DNA from: Pristiophorus japonicus
Taxonomy: Eukaryota
Assembly (NCBI RefSeq): GCF_044704955.1
Contig: NC_091994.1
Coordinates: forward strand, 47,554,001-47,618,000
Direction: 5' to 3'
Length of the DNA stretch: 64,000 nt
Below the pieces are notes generated by a model. That model saw nothing but the letters and a program-made list of their open reading frames with translations. It had not been told where the DNA came from and did no database searches. Of the stretch, positions 36,410 through 49,035 are shown piece after piece. Numbering within the stretch: position 1 is the first letter of the stretch; every line of letters begins with the position of its first letter. Position numbers and translations under genes: made by a program.

Positions 36410-38940
36410 TTCAGGATCATCCACTTGACATTTCAGGCAGAAGATGGTTGAAAACCCTTCAGCCTTGTCTTTTGCAGTCACGTGCTGGGCTCCTCCATCA
36501 TTGAGGATTGGGATTTTCATGGAGCCTCCTCCTCCCTTTAGTTGTTTAATGGTCCACCACCATTCACGACTGGATGTGACATGACTGCAGAGCTTTGATC
36601 TGATCTTTTGGTCGTGGGATCATTTAGCATTGCCTGTAGCATTCTGCTTCTGTTGCTTAGCATGTATGTGGTCCTGTGTTGCAGTATCCTCAGGTTGGCA
36701 CCTCATTTTTAGGTGTGCCTGGTGCTGCTCCTGACGTGCTCCTGTACACTCTGCATTGAACCAGTTACATAAGAACATAACATAAGAAATACAAACAGGA
36801 GTAGGCCACTTGACCACTCGAGCCTGCTCCGCCATTTAACAAGATCATGGCTGATCTGATCATGGACTCAGCTCCACTTCCCTGCCCACTCCCCATAACC
36901 CTTTATTCCCTTATTGCTCAAAAATCTGTCTATCTCTGCCTTAAATATATTCAATGACCCAGCCTCCACTGCTCTCTGGGGCAAAGAATTTCACAGATTT
37001 ACAACCCTCTGAGAGAAGAAATTCCTCCTCATCTCAGTTTTAAATGGGCAGCCCCTTATTGTGAGACTATGTCCCTAGTTTTAGTTTCTCCTATGAGTGG
37101 AAATATCTTGTCTGCATCCATCTTGTCGAACTCCCTCATTATGTTATATGTTTCAACAAGATCATCTTACATTCTTCTGAACTCAAATGAGTTCATGCAA
37201 TCTACTCAACTTATCTTCATAAGACAACCCCCTTATCTCCGGAATGAACCTAGTGAAACTTCTCTGAACAGCCTCCAATATAAGTATATCCTTCCTTAAA
37301 TACGGAGACCAAAACTGTATGCTGGACTCTAGCTGTGGCCTCACCAATACCATGTACAGTTGTAGCAGGGCATCTCTGCTTTTAGATTCCATTCCCCTTG
37401 CAATAAAGGCCAATATTCCATTTGCCTTCCTGATTACTTGCTGTACCTGCATACTAACTTTTTGTGTTTCATGCACAAGGACCCCTTGGTCCCTCTGTAC
37501 TGCAGCATGTTGCAATTTTTGTCCATTTAAATTATAATTTGCTTTTCTATTTTTTCTGCTAAAGTGGCTAACCTAACATTTTCCCACATTGTACTCCACC
37601 TGCCAAATTTTTGCCCACTCACTTAGCCTGTCTATGTTTCCCTTTGCAGATTTTTTGTGTCCTCCTCAGAATTTGCTTTTCCACCCATCTTTGTATCCTG
37701 GTTTCTGGCTTAATGATAATGGCGGAGTGAGGGATATACTGGGCCATGATGTTACAGGTTGTGGTGGAATACAGTTCTGCTGCTGCTGATGGCCCACAGT
37801 GCCTCATGGAAGGCCAGTTTGAGCTATCCCATTTACCACGGTGGTAGTGCCACACAACACGATGGAGGGTGTCCTCAGTTTGAAGACGAGACTTCGTCTC
37901 CACATGGACTGTGCTCTGGTCATTGCTACCAATACTGACATGGGCCGATGCATCTGCGACAGGTAGATTGGTGAGTCGAGGTCATATATTTATTCCCACG
38001 TGTTGGTTCATGACCTGCCGCAGGCCCAATCTGGCAGCTTTGTTCTTCAGGAACTGCCAGCTCAGTCAGTAGTGGTGCTACCGAGCCACTCTTGTTGATG
38101 CACATTGAAGTAATCCACCCACAGTACATTCTGTGCCCTTGATACCCTTCGTGCTTCTTCCAAGTGGTGTTGGCCATGGAGGAGTAATAATTCATCAGCT
38201 GAGGAAGGGTGGTAAGTGGTAATCAGCAGGAGGTTTCCTTGCTCATGCTTAACCTGAAACCATGAGACTTTGTGGGGTTCGGAATCAGTGTTGAGAACTC
38301 CCAGGGCCACTACCTACTGACTGTATTCCACTGTGCCGCCCCCTCTGGTGGATCCGTCCTGCCGGTGAGTCAGGACATACCCAGTAATGGTGATGGAGGA
38401 GACTAGGACATTGGCTGAATAGTATGATTTTGTGAGGATGACTATGTCAGGCTGCAGCTCTCTCAATTTTGGCACAAGCCCCAGATGTTGGTGAGAAGGA
38501 CTTTGCAGGGTCGACTGGGCTGGGTGTGCAGTTGTCGTGTCCGAAGCCGGTGCCGATATCAATGCTGGATGTTCTCTCCGGTTTTATTCTTATTATTGTT
38601 TTCCGTAGCGTTTTGTACAACTGAGTGGCTTGCTCGGCCCTTTCAGAAGGCAGTTAGGAGTCAAATACATTGTTGTGTGACTGGAGTCACGTATAGGCCA
38701 GACCAGGTAAGGACGGCAGATTTCCTTCCCTAGGAGGACATCAGTGAACCAGATTGGTTTTATGACAGTCCTGTAGTTGCATGGTCACCATGACTGATAC
38801 TAGCTTTATATTCCAGATTTATTCAATTAATTGAATTTAAATTACGCAGCTGTTGTGGTGGGATTTGAATTCACTTCTCTGGATCATTAGTCCAGGCCTC
38901 TGGATTAGTAGTTCACTAACATAACCACTGTGCTACTGTA
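36410..38940 (-). mobile_element. Decayed non-LTR element (APE domain) with a tRNA-derived head at 38600-38940, interrupted by a CR1 fragment
   Basis: QPDIVILT, RQDGSTRGGG, LLLITTYHPSSADE and FNVHQQEWLGS; head has A-box gtagcacagtgg and B-box gaattcaaatcc. Confidence 0.7.
36767..37697 (-). mobile_element. CR1 LINE 3' fragment
   Basis: QRDQGVLVHE...QFWSPYLRKDI; acataagaacataac tail. Confidence 0.9.
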
Positions 38941-38969
38941 CTTACATTGGCGTTTGAGTGGGCAATGCT

Positions 38970-39935
38970 TAGATTCTAAAATTCTCATCCTTTCTTTCAA
39001 ATAACTCTATGGTCTCGCCCCTTCCTACTTCTGTAACGTCCTCTAGTCCTACGACCCTCCAATATCTCTGCACTGCTCCAATTCTGCACATCGCTCTATC
39101 ATTGGCACTATGCCTTCAGCAGCTTAGGCTCCAAACTTTGGGATTTCCTTGCTAATCCTCTCCGCCTCTCTACATCTCTCTCCTCCTTCAAGACGCCATT
39201 AACACCTACCTCTTGGATCAAGCTGAAGGTCACCTGTCCTAATATCGCTTTATGTGGCTTGCTGTCAGATTTGTGTCTCATTGCGCTCCTCCGAATCTCC
39301 TTGGGGCATTTTCTATTTTAAATGAGCTAGATAAATGCAAGTTGCTGTTGAGATATGTAATGTAAAGCTTTTGTTCTGTATATGTAATGCAAAGCTATAG
39401 GCCATGGGCCAGACTGTATTCGAGCATTAGAAGCCCAGGCACATCCGTCCTATTTGTGTGTACATTTGTAATTTACTGCCTCATTGAGTGGGCTGTTTGA
39501 CTATCTTAACTTCATAAACTGAACTACCCACTGAGCCACGGCTGACACTAGTCACTGCTCATCCTTCATCGCCTCATGCCTCCCTATCTCTGTAACCTCC
39601 TCCAATCCTAGAACCCACCCCCCCCCCCTCCCCTCCTTCTCTGAACTCACCGTTCCTGTGACTCGGGCATTTTTTACATTCTGCCCTTCCTTTGTCTCAC
39701 CATTGGGGGCCATGCCTTCAGCCGTCTAGGCCTCATGCTCTGGAATTCCCTCCCTAAATCCTTCTCTCTCTCCACCTCCTTCACTGACTTGAAGACCTTC
39801 CATAAAACCCCCTCTTTGACCAAGCTTTCAGTCACCCCTCCGAATATCGTCTTTGTCTCGATGTCCTTGTTGTCTGATTACACCTCTGTGAGTCGCCGTG
39901 GGCTTTCTACTATGTAAAGGCAGGTTGTTGCTGCT
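38970..39935 (+). mobile_element. Two L2-type LINE/SINE 3' tail fragments (about 38970-39350 and 39570-39935)
   Basis: gccttcagc...ctctggaattccctccctaa...acct...ttgaccaagc pattern repeated; family assigned from memory. Confidence 0.55.
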
Positions 39936-40279
39936 GGGAATGGTGGGGGATGTGGCCTGGTTTTGGGCTCCTGATTCCCTTCTTTGGGAGCCATGTAGGG
40001 CTGACCGGCACCTTATTGATTTGCGACAAATTGCTGGATGAAGAAAATAAAGGAAAGTGTCAACTGTAGTGGGACGGAGCTCCTAATTCATGCTGCAGCA
40101 CTCAGCACATTGTTGATAATCACCTCCTGGAGGGTGTGAACCGACAGTATAAAACGGCCTTGATCCGCGCAACCCAAGAACTTACTGACTTTGCAAATTG
40201 TAACTCGATCCATTTTGACTTCTTGAAGCGACAGAGGGCAGAGCTCCTCAGCAGACAGCAAGGACCACCCAAAGTCCCG

Positions 40280-40528
40280 TGCCCCTGTCCAAGTACATCA
40301 CTCCCCCAGCTAAAGTCCTGTACCCCAGACCAAGTGCATGCCTCCTCCAGCCAAAGTGCCTCCCCCAGCCAAAGTGCCTTACCCAATCCAACGACTTCCC
40401 TACCCCAGTGAAATGCCTTACCCCAGTCCAAGTGTAAGGCTCTCCAGCCAAAGTGCCTTACCCCAGTGCAAGTGCATGCCTGCCCCAGCCGAAGTGCCTT
40501 ACCCCAGTAAAACTACTTCTCTCCCCCA
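40280..40528 (+). repeat. Minisatellite (ccccagccaaagtgccttaccccagtccaagt-like), left part; continues at 45217-45750, shorter version at 160-270
   Basis: Repeated ~17-40 bp motifs split by the CR1 insertion. Confidence 0.85.
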
Positions 40529-43500
40529 GGAGTTCGGCGAGAGGCGAGAGTTCCAGGGATCGGAGAGGCCTACAAATGGCCAGTGAGACCGGGAGCAGCG
40601 CGAGTTCGGCGAGAGGCGGGAGTTCCGGGGATCGGAGAGGCCTACAAAAGGCAGTGAGACCAGGAGCAGCGCGAGTTCCACGAGAGGCGGCGGTTCCGGG
40701 GATCGGAGAGGCCTACAAAAGGCAGTGAGACCAGGAGCAGCGCGAGTTCGGCGAGAGGCGAGAGTTCCGGGGATCGGAGAGGCCTACAAAAGGCCAGTGA
40801 AACCAGGAGCTGCGCGAGTTCCACGAGAGGCGGGGGTTCTGGGGATTGGAGAGGCCTACAAAAGGCCAGTGAGACCAGGAGCAGCGCGAGTTCCACGAGA
40901 GGTGGGGGTTCCGGGGATCGGAGAGGCCTACAAAAGGTCAGTGAGACCAGGAGCAGCGCGAGTTCGGCGAGAGGCGGGGCTTGTGAAGCTGCAGGGGGAA
41001 GGCAAAAAAGAACTCGAAAGAAATAGAAAGGTGACGTCACAGCCAAGGTGGTAAGTGGTTGGCTGGTGATTGGTGAGTAGTTTTTCTTTGTTCTCTTCAA
41101 TAACAGTGAGTAAACTTTAACATTGTTGTTGCCAATTTAAGTGTATCTAAGGGTTAAGTCATGGCAGGAGAGCTTGGTCATGTGATATGCTCCTCCTGTA
41201 CCATGTGGGAACTCAAGGACACTTCCGGTGTCCCTGACGACTATGTTTGTTGGGAAGTGTATCCGCCTCCAGCTCCTGGCCGTCCGCGTTGCGAAACTGG
41301 AGCTGAGGGTGGATTCACTCTGGAGCATCCACAATGCTGAGAATAACGTGAGTAGCACGTGTAGCGAGTTTTTCTTACCGCGGGTAAAGGGTCCACAGCC
41401 AGATAGGGAATGGAAGGCCAGCAGGAAGAGCAGTGCAGAGGTCCCCTGCGGTCATCCTCCTGCAAAACAGATAGGCCGCTTTGAGTACTGTTGAGGGGGA
41501 TGACTCATCAGGGGAGGGCAGCAGCAGCCAAGTTCATGGCACCGTGGCTGGCTCTGCTGCACAGGAGGGCAGGAAAAAGAGTGGGAGAGCGATAGTGATA
41601 AGGGATTCAATTGTAAGGGGAATAGATAGGTGTTTCTGCGGCTGCAACCGAGACTCCAGGATGGTATGTTGCCTCCCTGGTGCAAGGGTCAAGGATGTCT
41701 TGGAGCGGGTGCCGGACATTCTGAAAAGGGAGGGTGAACAGCCAGTTGTCGTGGTGCACATTGGTACCAACGATATAGGTAAAAAAAAGGGATGAGGTCC
41801 TACGAGATGAATTTAAGGAGCTAGAAGCTAAATTAAAACATAGGACCTCAAAAGTAGTAATCTCTGGATTGCTACCAGTGCCACGTGCTAGTCAGAGTAG
41901 GAATCGCAGGATAGCTCAGATGAATACGTGGCTTGAGCAGTGGTGCAGCAGGGAGAGATTCAAATTCCTGGGGCATTGGATCCGGTTCTGTGGGAGGTGG
42001 GACCAGTACAAACCGGATGGTCTGCACCTGGGCAGGACCGGAACCAATGTCCTAGGGGGAGTGTTTGCTAGTGCTGTTGGGGAGGAGTTAAACTAATATG
42101 GCAGGGGGATGGGAACCTATGCAGGGAGACAGAGGGAAACAAAATGGAGACAGAAGCAAAAGACAAAAAGGAGATGAGTAAATGTGGAGGGCAGAAAAAC
42201 CCAAGGCAAAAAACTAAAAGGGCCACTGTACAGCAAAATTCTAAAAGGTCAAAGTCTAATAAAAAGGCAAGCCTGAAAGCTTGGTGCCTCAATGCGAGGA
42301 GTATTTGGAACACAGGAAAGGGCTCTGAGCTAGTTAGAGTGGGTGAGAGCTTAGATGAACAGGACCCCAAGATAGAATGCAAAGGGCAGGAGGCAACAGA
42401 GCAGAGTAGCACTGGGGTAAGTGTAAACCACAAGGTGATAGGAAGGGACAATATGTATGAATATAAAGGGGCTGCAGGAGGGGTCAAAACTAAAAATCAT
42501 GGTTTAAAAACTAGTATTAAAACACTCTACCTAAACGCACGCAGCATTCGAAATAAAGTAAATGAGTTGACGGCACAAATCATTACAAATGGGTATGATT
42601 TGGTGGCCATTACAGAAACGTGGTTGCAGGGTGGCCAAAACTGGGAATTAAATATACAGGGGTATCTGACAATTCGGAAAGATAGACAAGAAGGGAAAGG
42701 AGGTGGGGTAGCTCTGTTAATAAAGGATGATATCAGGGCAGTTGTGAGAGACGATATTGGCTCTAATGAACAAAATGTTGAATCATTGTGGGTGGAGATT
42801 CGAGATAGTAAGGGGAAAAAGTCACTGGTGGGCGTAAGGAGCAAGCTATCTTAGATCTGGTCCTGTGTAATGAGACAGGAATAATAAACGATCTCCTAGT
42901 AAAGAGCCTCTTGGAATGAGTGATCACAGTATGGTTGAATTTGTAATACAGATTGAGGGTGAGGAAGTAGTGTCTCAAACGAGCGTACTATGCTTAAACA
43001 AAGGGGACTACAGTGGGATGAGGGCAGAGTTGGCTAAAGTAGACTGGGAACACAGACTAAACAGTGGCACAATTGAGGAACAGTGGAGTACTTTTAAGGA
43101 GCTGTTTCATAGTGCTCAACAAAAATATATTCCAGTGAAAAAGAATGGCGGTAAGAGAAGGGATAACCAGCCGTGGATAACCTAGGAAATAAAGGAGAGT
43201 ACCAAATTAAAAACCAATGCGTATAAGGTGGCCAAGGTTAGTGGGAAAGTAGAAGATTGGGAAAATTTTAAATGATAGCAAAGAATGACTAAGAAAGCGA
43301 TAAAGAAAGGAAAGATTGATTACGAAAGTAAAATTGCACAAAACATAAAAACAGATAGTAAAAGCTTTTATCGATATATAAAACGGAAGAGAGTGACTAA
43401 AGTAAATGTTGGTCCCTTAGAAGATGAGAAGAGGGATTTAATAATGGGAAATGTGGAAATGGCTGAGACCTTAAACAATTATTTTGCTTCCGTCTTCACA

Positions 43501-45216
43501 GTGGAAGACACAAAAACCATGCCAAAAATTGCTGGTCACGGGAATGTGGGAAGGGAGGACCTTGAGACTATCACTATCACTAGGGGGATAGTGCTGGACA
43601 GGCTAATGGCACTCAAGGTAGACAAGTCCCCTAGTCCTGATGAAATGCATCCCAGGGTATTAAAAGAGATGGCGGAAGTTATAACAGATGCATTCGTTAG
43701 AATCTACCAAAATTCTCTGGACTCTGGGGAGGTACCATCGGATTGGAAAGCAGCTAATGTAACGCCTCTGTTTAAAAACGGGGGCAGACAAAAGGCAGGT
43801 AACTATAGGCCGGTTAGTTTAACATCTGTAGTGGGGAAAATGCTTGAAGCTATCATTAAGGAAGAAATAGCGGGACAGCTAGATATGAATAGTGCAATCA
43901 AGCAGACGCAACATGGATTCATGAAGGGGAAATCATGTTTAACTAATTTACTGGATTTCTTTGAGTATATAATGAGCATGGTGGATAGAGGTGTACCGAT
44001 GGATGTGGTGTATTTAGATTTCCAAAAGGCATTCGATAAGGTGCCACACAAAAGGTTACTGCAGAGGATAAAGGTACGCGGAGTCAGAGGAAATGTATTA
44101 GCATGGATCGAGAATTGGCTGGCTAACAGAAAGCAGAGAGTCGGGATAAATGGGTCCTTTTCGGGTTGGAAATCGGTGGTTAGTGATGTGCCACAGGGAT
44201 CGGTGCTGGGACCACAACTGTTTACAATATACATAGATGACCTGGAAGAGGGGACGGAGTGTAGTGTAACAATATTTGCAGATGACATAAAGATTAGTGG
44301 GAAAGCGGGTTGTGTAGAGGATACAGAGAGGCTGCAAAAGATTTAGAAAGGTTAAGCGAATGGGCTAAGGTTTGGCAGATGGAATACAATGTCAGAAAAT
44401 GTGAGGTCATCCACCTTGGAAAAAAAAACAGTAAAAGGGAATATTATTTGAATGGGGAGAAATTACAACATGCTGCGGTGCAGAGGGACCTGGAGGTCCT
44501 TGTGCATGAATTCCAAAAAGTTAGTTTGCAGGTGCAGCAGGTAATCAGGAAGGCGAAAGGAATGTTGGCCTTCATTGCGAGAGGGATGGAGTACAAAAGC
44601 AGGGAGATCCTGCTGCAACTGTACAGGGTATGGGTGAGGCCGCACCTGGAGTACTGCGTGCAGTTTTAGTCACCTTACTTAAGGAAGGATATACTAGCTT
44701 TGGAGGGGGTACCGAGACGATTCACTAGGCTGATTCCGGAGATGAGGGGGTTACCTTATGATGATAGATTGAGTAGACTGGGTCTTTACTCGTTGGAGTT
44801 CAGAAGGATGAGGGGTGATCTTATAGAAACATTTAAAATAATGAAAGGGATAGACAAGATAGAGACAGACAAGATAGAGGCAGAGAGGTTGTTTCCATTG
44901 GTCGGGGAGACTAGAACTAGGAGGCACAGCCTCAAAATACGGGGGAGCCAATTTAAAACTGAGTTGAGAAGGAATTTCTTCTCCTAGAGGGTTGTGAATC
45001 TGTGGAATTCTCTGCCCAAGGAAGCAGTTGAAGCTAGCTCATTGAATGTATTCAAATCACAGGTAGATAGATTTTTAACCAATAAGGGAATTAAGGGTTA
45101 TGGGGAGCGGGCGGGTAAGTGGAGCTGAGTCCACGGCCAGAACAGCTATGATGGTGGAGCAGGCTCGAGGGGCTAGATGGCCTACTCCTGTTCCTAATTC
45201 TTATGTTCTTATGTTC
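40529..45216 (+). mobile_element. Near full-length CR1 LINE (tandem-repeat 5' UTR, ORF1 Zn-finger/SGNH esterase from 41161, ORF2 APE-RT), disrupted
   Basis: MAGELGHVICSSC, CLPGARVKDV, HIGTND, DGLHL; [29 protein letters not shown]; (ttcttatg)n tail. Confidence 0.95.
40530..40980 (+). repeat. 71-72-bp tandem monomers (about 6 copies) at the CR1 5' end
   Basis: gagaggcctaca recurs at 40563, 40635, 40706, 40777, 40849 and 40921. Confidence 0.95.
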
Positions 45217-45750
45217 AGCCAAAGTGCTTACCCCATTCCAAGTGTTTGCCTGCCCCAGCCGAAATGCCTTAAACCAGTCCAAGTACTTCCCGCCCCAGCC
45301 AAAGTGCCTTCCCCCAGCACAAGTGTATGCGTCCCCCAGCCAAAGTGCCTTACCCCAGTCCAAGTGTACTGTCCTCCCACAGCCAAGGGCCTTACCCCAG
45401 TCCAAGTACTTCCCTCCCTCAGCCAAAGTGCCTTACACAATCCAACGAATTCCCTCCCTCAGCCAAAGTGCCTTACACAATCCAACGAATTCCCTCCCCC
45501 AACTAAAGCGCCTTACCCCAGCACAAGTGTATGCCTCCCCCAGCCAAAGTCTCATACCCAAGTCCATCTACTTCCCACCCCCAGCCAAAGTGCCTTATCC
45601 CAGTCAAAGTGCCTTACCCCATTCAAAGTGTATGCCTAGCCCAGCCAAAGTCCCACAGCCCAGCGCAAGTGCATGCCTGGTGCAGCCGAAGTGCCTTATC
45701 CCAGTCCAAGTGGATCCCTCTACCAGCTGAAGTGCCTTACCCAAGCACCT
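45217..45750 (+). repeat. Minisatellite, right part
   Basis: Many cagccaaagtgccttac units. Confidence 0.85.
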
Positions 45751-46293
45751 GGATGGGGCATTGTGTATGGATTGTTAACAGGTTAATTGGGTATGAAGTG
45801 AATCATGCCAATTTTGTGACTTCTGTTTATCATCCACTCCAACGATGTCCCTTCTTGGGGTTTGGAAGAACGTGATCCGTTTTTCCTGAGTTCCCGCTCT
45901 CCTCTCCGATCCCACCCGCCCGCCATGCCGCTGCCAGCCGCTCTCCAACAGCCTCTCTCACTCGCGGCCCCAAGGCCCTCCGACACCCTCAACCGCCTCC
46001 ACCGGCCGCCGCTCGGGACGTGTGGGGTAATTGGTGGGCCTTGCGAGTCCCAGGGAGGGGGAGTCGGTGGGCCTAGCGAGTCCCGGGAGCAGGGGAGGGG
46101 GGCGGCGGAGTCTCAGGGCTCAGCTCCTGCCTCTCGGCACCACGTGAGCCGAATGATTCGGGGCCTGGGAGGGGGCGGTGGGCGGAGCTTGACAGGGGCG
46201 GGGCTTGTCGTCTGTTGGTCAAAAAAGTGCAGTGCGGGGCGGGGGGGCTGGACGGACGCCTGTCTGTCCAAGAAAAGTGCAGCACAAATAGTT

Positions 46294-48667
46294 AGCCTTA
46301 GACTTTACACTTTACATCGCCCATCTAATCGCTCAAAACGGACCTTTATCGCCCATTTTCACCAAAAAGTGGAAACTAGGCCCAAAACATCGCTGGAAAA
46401 ATAGGCCCTCAAGTTTTGGCTCACTTTGCCAAAATGATCGCCGAACTGATCGACCAAAACAAGGCCCATTCCACTTTCGGCACAGAGTCAGCACTTCACT
46501 GGGCTGATGGAAGGCCGAAAACATCGCTGAGAAATAGCTGCTTTTCCCGGGCTTTACAGAAGGAAATGGGCACTACGGACGCCATTTTGAAGATTGGACG
46601 ACGGGTGGGGGCAACAGAAAAAACGAGCTAAATAGTTGTGAGTTATTTAGAGAGTTATTTATAGATAGATCAACTCAGAATATGATATTATGGTATATAT
46701 ATTGAGAGTAGCTATTGTAGAGGCATTTTTTTGCGAAAAGTGTTTTGTAGATAGTGAAAAGAATTATTGATATTGTTGAGGTCTATTAGACTGACTGGTA
46801 TACAGTATAGAGAGAGTAGAGAGATTAGTTTAATTTAGTGAAAGTAATTATTGATAGTGATGGGGCCTATGCTTTCTCTGCCATTACTTGTAACTGCTCA
46901 CACGCTGGTTTCTGAAAGGATCAAGCGAAGAGATGGCAGGGTAATGCGTAGTCCCCTGCAGCAATGGTAGCTGTGACATCGCCCGTCACACACTCCATCA
47001 TGTTCAGGTCGACACGGGTTCTTCGGGAATCTTCCATCATTTCCAGACCGGTAATCCTGGGCTCCAAGCTGTGTGCAGAGCCCCGTACAATATTGGAGAT
47101 GGACTCCTCCATGTTCCTTGACATTGCCAATACTCTCTCTGGCAGGCTAGCCATTGCACCCAGCACTTTGGTCTGCATGTCCATCACCCTTCTGCTGAAG
47201 ACCGACCCATCAAGGTCCTTATCTGAGTCTTGTGCAGCAGAACCCGTGTGCGAACTCACTCTCCGGGAAGCTGACCCCGAGCTACCCTTTCCCCCCCGGA
47301 CTTGCTGCAGCCCACTCCCACTTGTGCCCGGTGCCTCACCTGTGCAGATCCCACTTCTACTCTAGCCTCAAATATGCGCAGTGCCAGTTTCTGAGCTACT
47401 TTCTGCGAGTGACAAATGCAGCAACGCTGCGTTGTCTTCTTCTCCCCCCTCGCTCTCGTGCATTGCCTCAGGGACCGGCTTCTCAGGTGCTTGTTGCTGA
47501 TTATCTGCAAGCAGAAATGCAGAAGAGTTGGGTTATGATGAGGGGAGGGGGGCATGAAGCAGGATACGCATGCATACAGCATCAGCAGCTTGAACGTGAG
47601 AAGAGATTGTGGGATGAGGGGGAAGTGCGGTGTGAGGAGAATTAGGAATGAACATACCGTTGATGTCCCCAAGGGGTTCAACCTCGCTGGTTTGAGGCCT
47701 GCCTCTATGATCTGCTGCCCAATGATGTCCACCGCTTTCTCCTCCAGCAGGCTGAGGTCATGGTTGTCAGTCTGCCCCCGCCTGTCTGCCGCTGCTCCCT
47801 CTGATGATGCGCGACCTTTGCCTGCAAGAGAAAGAGAAGTGTGTGAGTGAGTGTGGTGCAATGTGTTTGGGTGATGTGCTTGCCATGGTTGAATAGCTGT
47901 CAGTATGTGCAAAGTGAGAGATGTGGGTGTGAGTGTTGCAGCAGTGGTAAGGCTGTGAGGGTGAAGTGAAGCTCTGATTATAAGGGGTGAGTGGTGATGG
48001 GTAGAGATTGTTGGTAGGTGTGTGCTGGGGGTGTGGTACATTGAGCAGTGTGTGAGGCTTGTGGTGCAGATGGTGGGATATGGCAGTTGCTGAAGCATTT
48101 ACTGACCTTGACCGGTCGTGTGAGGTCATTAAACTTCATCTGACACTGGATGGCCGACCTTGGGACCGCCATGCTGGCCGTGATGTGGGTGACTATGTCC
48201 TGCCAGAGATTTCACGAGGAGTGTGACGAGAGCTTCCTGCCAGTGTGGGGGAAGTGGACAGCCTGCCTCCTCTCCATGGCCACGAGCAGTGGCTCAAAAA
48301 CCGCTTTGGAGAATCTGCAGGCTCTCCCTGTGCCGAGGCTCCGCCATGGGTTTGCACTAATGTCTTCTTCCAGCTGCACTTGTGAGGGGCTTGACAATGA
48401 GGTGCAGCAGCATCAGTGCATCTCCCCTTTAAGTACTGAATAAAGCCTGTGGCAAACATGACTGGGAATTAGACTGGACCCAATATTGGCCCATCTTGAG
48501 CGTTAAGCCAATGAGCAGCAGTTTCAGCGTGAAATCAAGACTATAATCATGATAATGAGGACTGAGCACGAATTTTGCATGCTACCTAGATCTTTTGGAC
48601 CTGGTGCAGCTTAACATCGTTGGGCCAGGACACTGTCCGTTTCGTGGCCATTTCTAATTTCTAGGCC
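46294..48667 (-). mobile_element. Harbinger-like element with Myb/SANT pseudogene, copy 2
   Basis: Paralog of 884-3217; left end agccttagacttt is less deleted than in copy 1. Confidence 0.65.
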
Positions 48668-49035
48668 ATTATCCCTTTAAACAGCGAGGTGTCTCACAGT
48701 TACTGAAAGGAACATGTCAGATGGAACAGAAACCAAGCTATTTGTGTAATGTGGCTATAAACTACAGACCAAGAGGGTTGGACTCTGTTCTGGACAGTCC
48801 CTCTCCTTAAAATAACAGAGCACAGTTCCTGCCCGGACCCCTGGTGTGTGTCAGTCTCACGCCCACCCGGGGCAACTGGTTTGGGCGACACCAAACCGCC
48901 TTCAAATACTGGAAGATGATTGGCTGAAGCCACCAATCGACAGTTTAGCTTCAACCAATCCCCTTTGGTATTTAAATGAGGTGTAATTGGCTCTCAATGT
49001 CCTGATTCTGTGAAAGCAGAGACTCAGAAAATAGA

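Noticed and set aside
40530-40980. CRISPR-like regular repeats
   Set aside because: Contiguous monomers with no unique spacers, in vertebrate DNA, at the 5' end of a LINE
45091-45875. Repetitive PSQSALP/QPKCL ORFs
   Set aside because: Translations of a minisatellite open in several frames; array length is not conserved in the paralog
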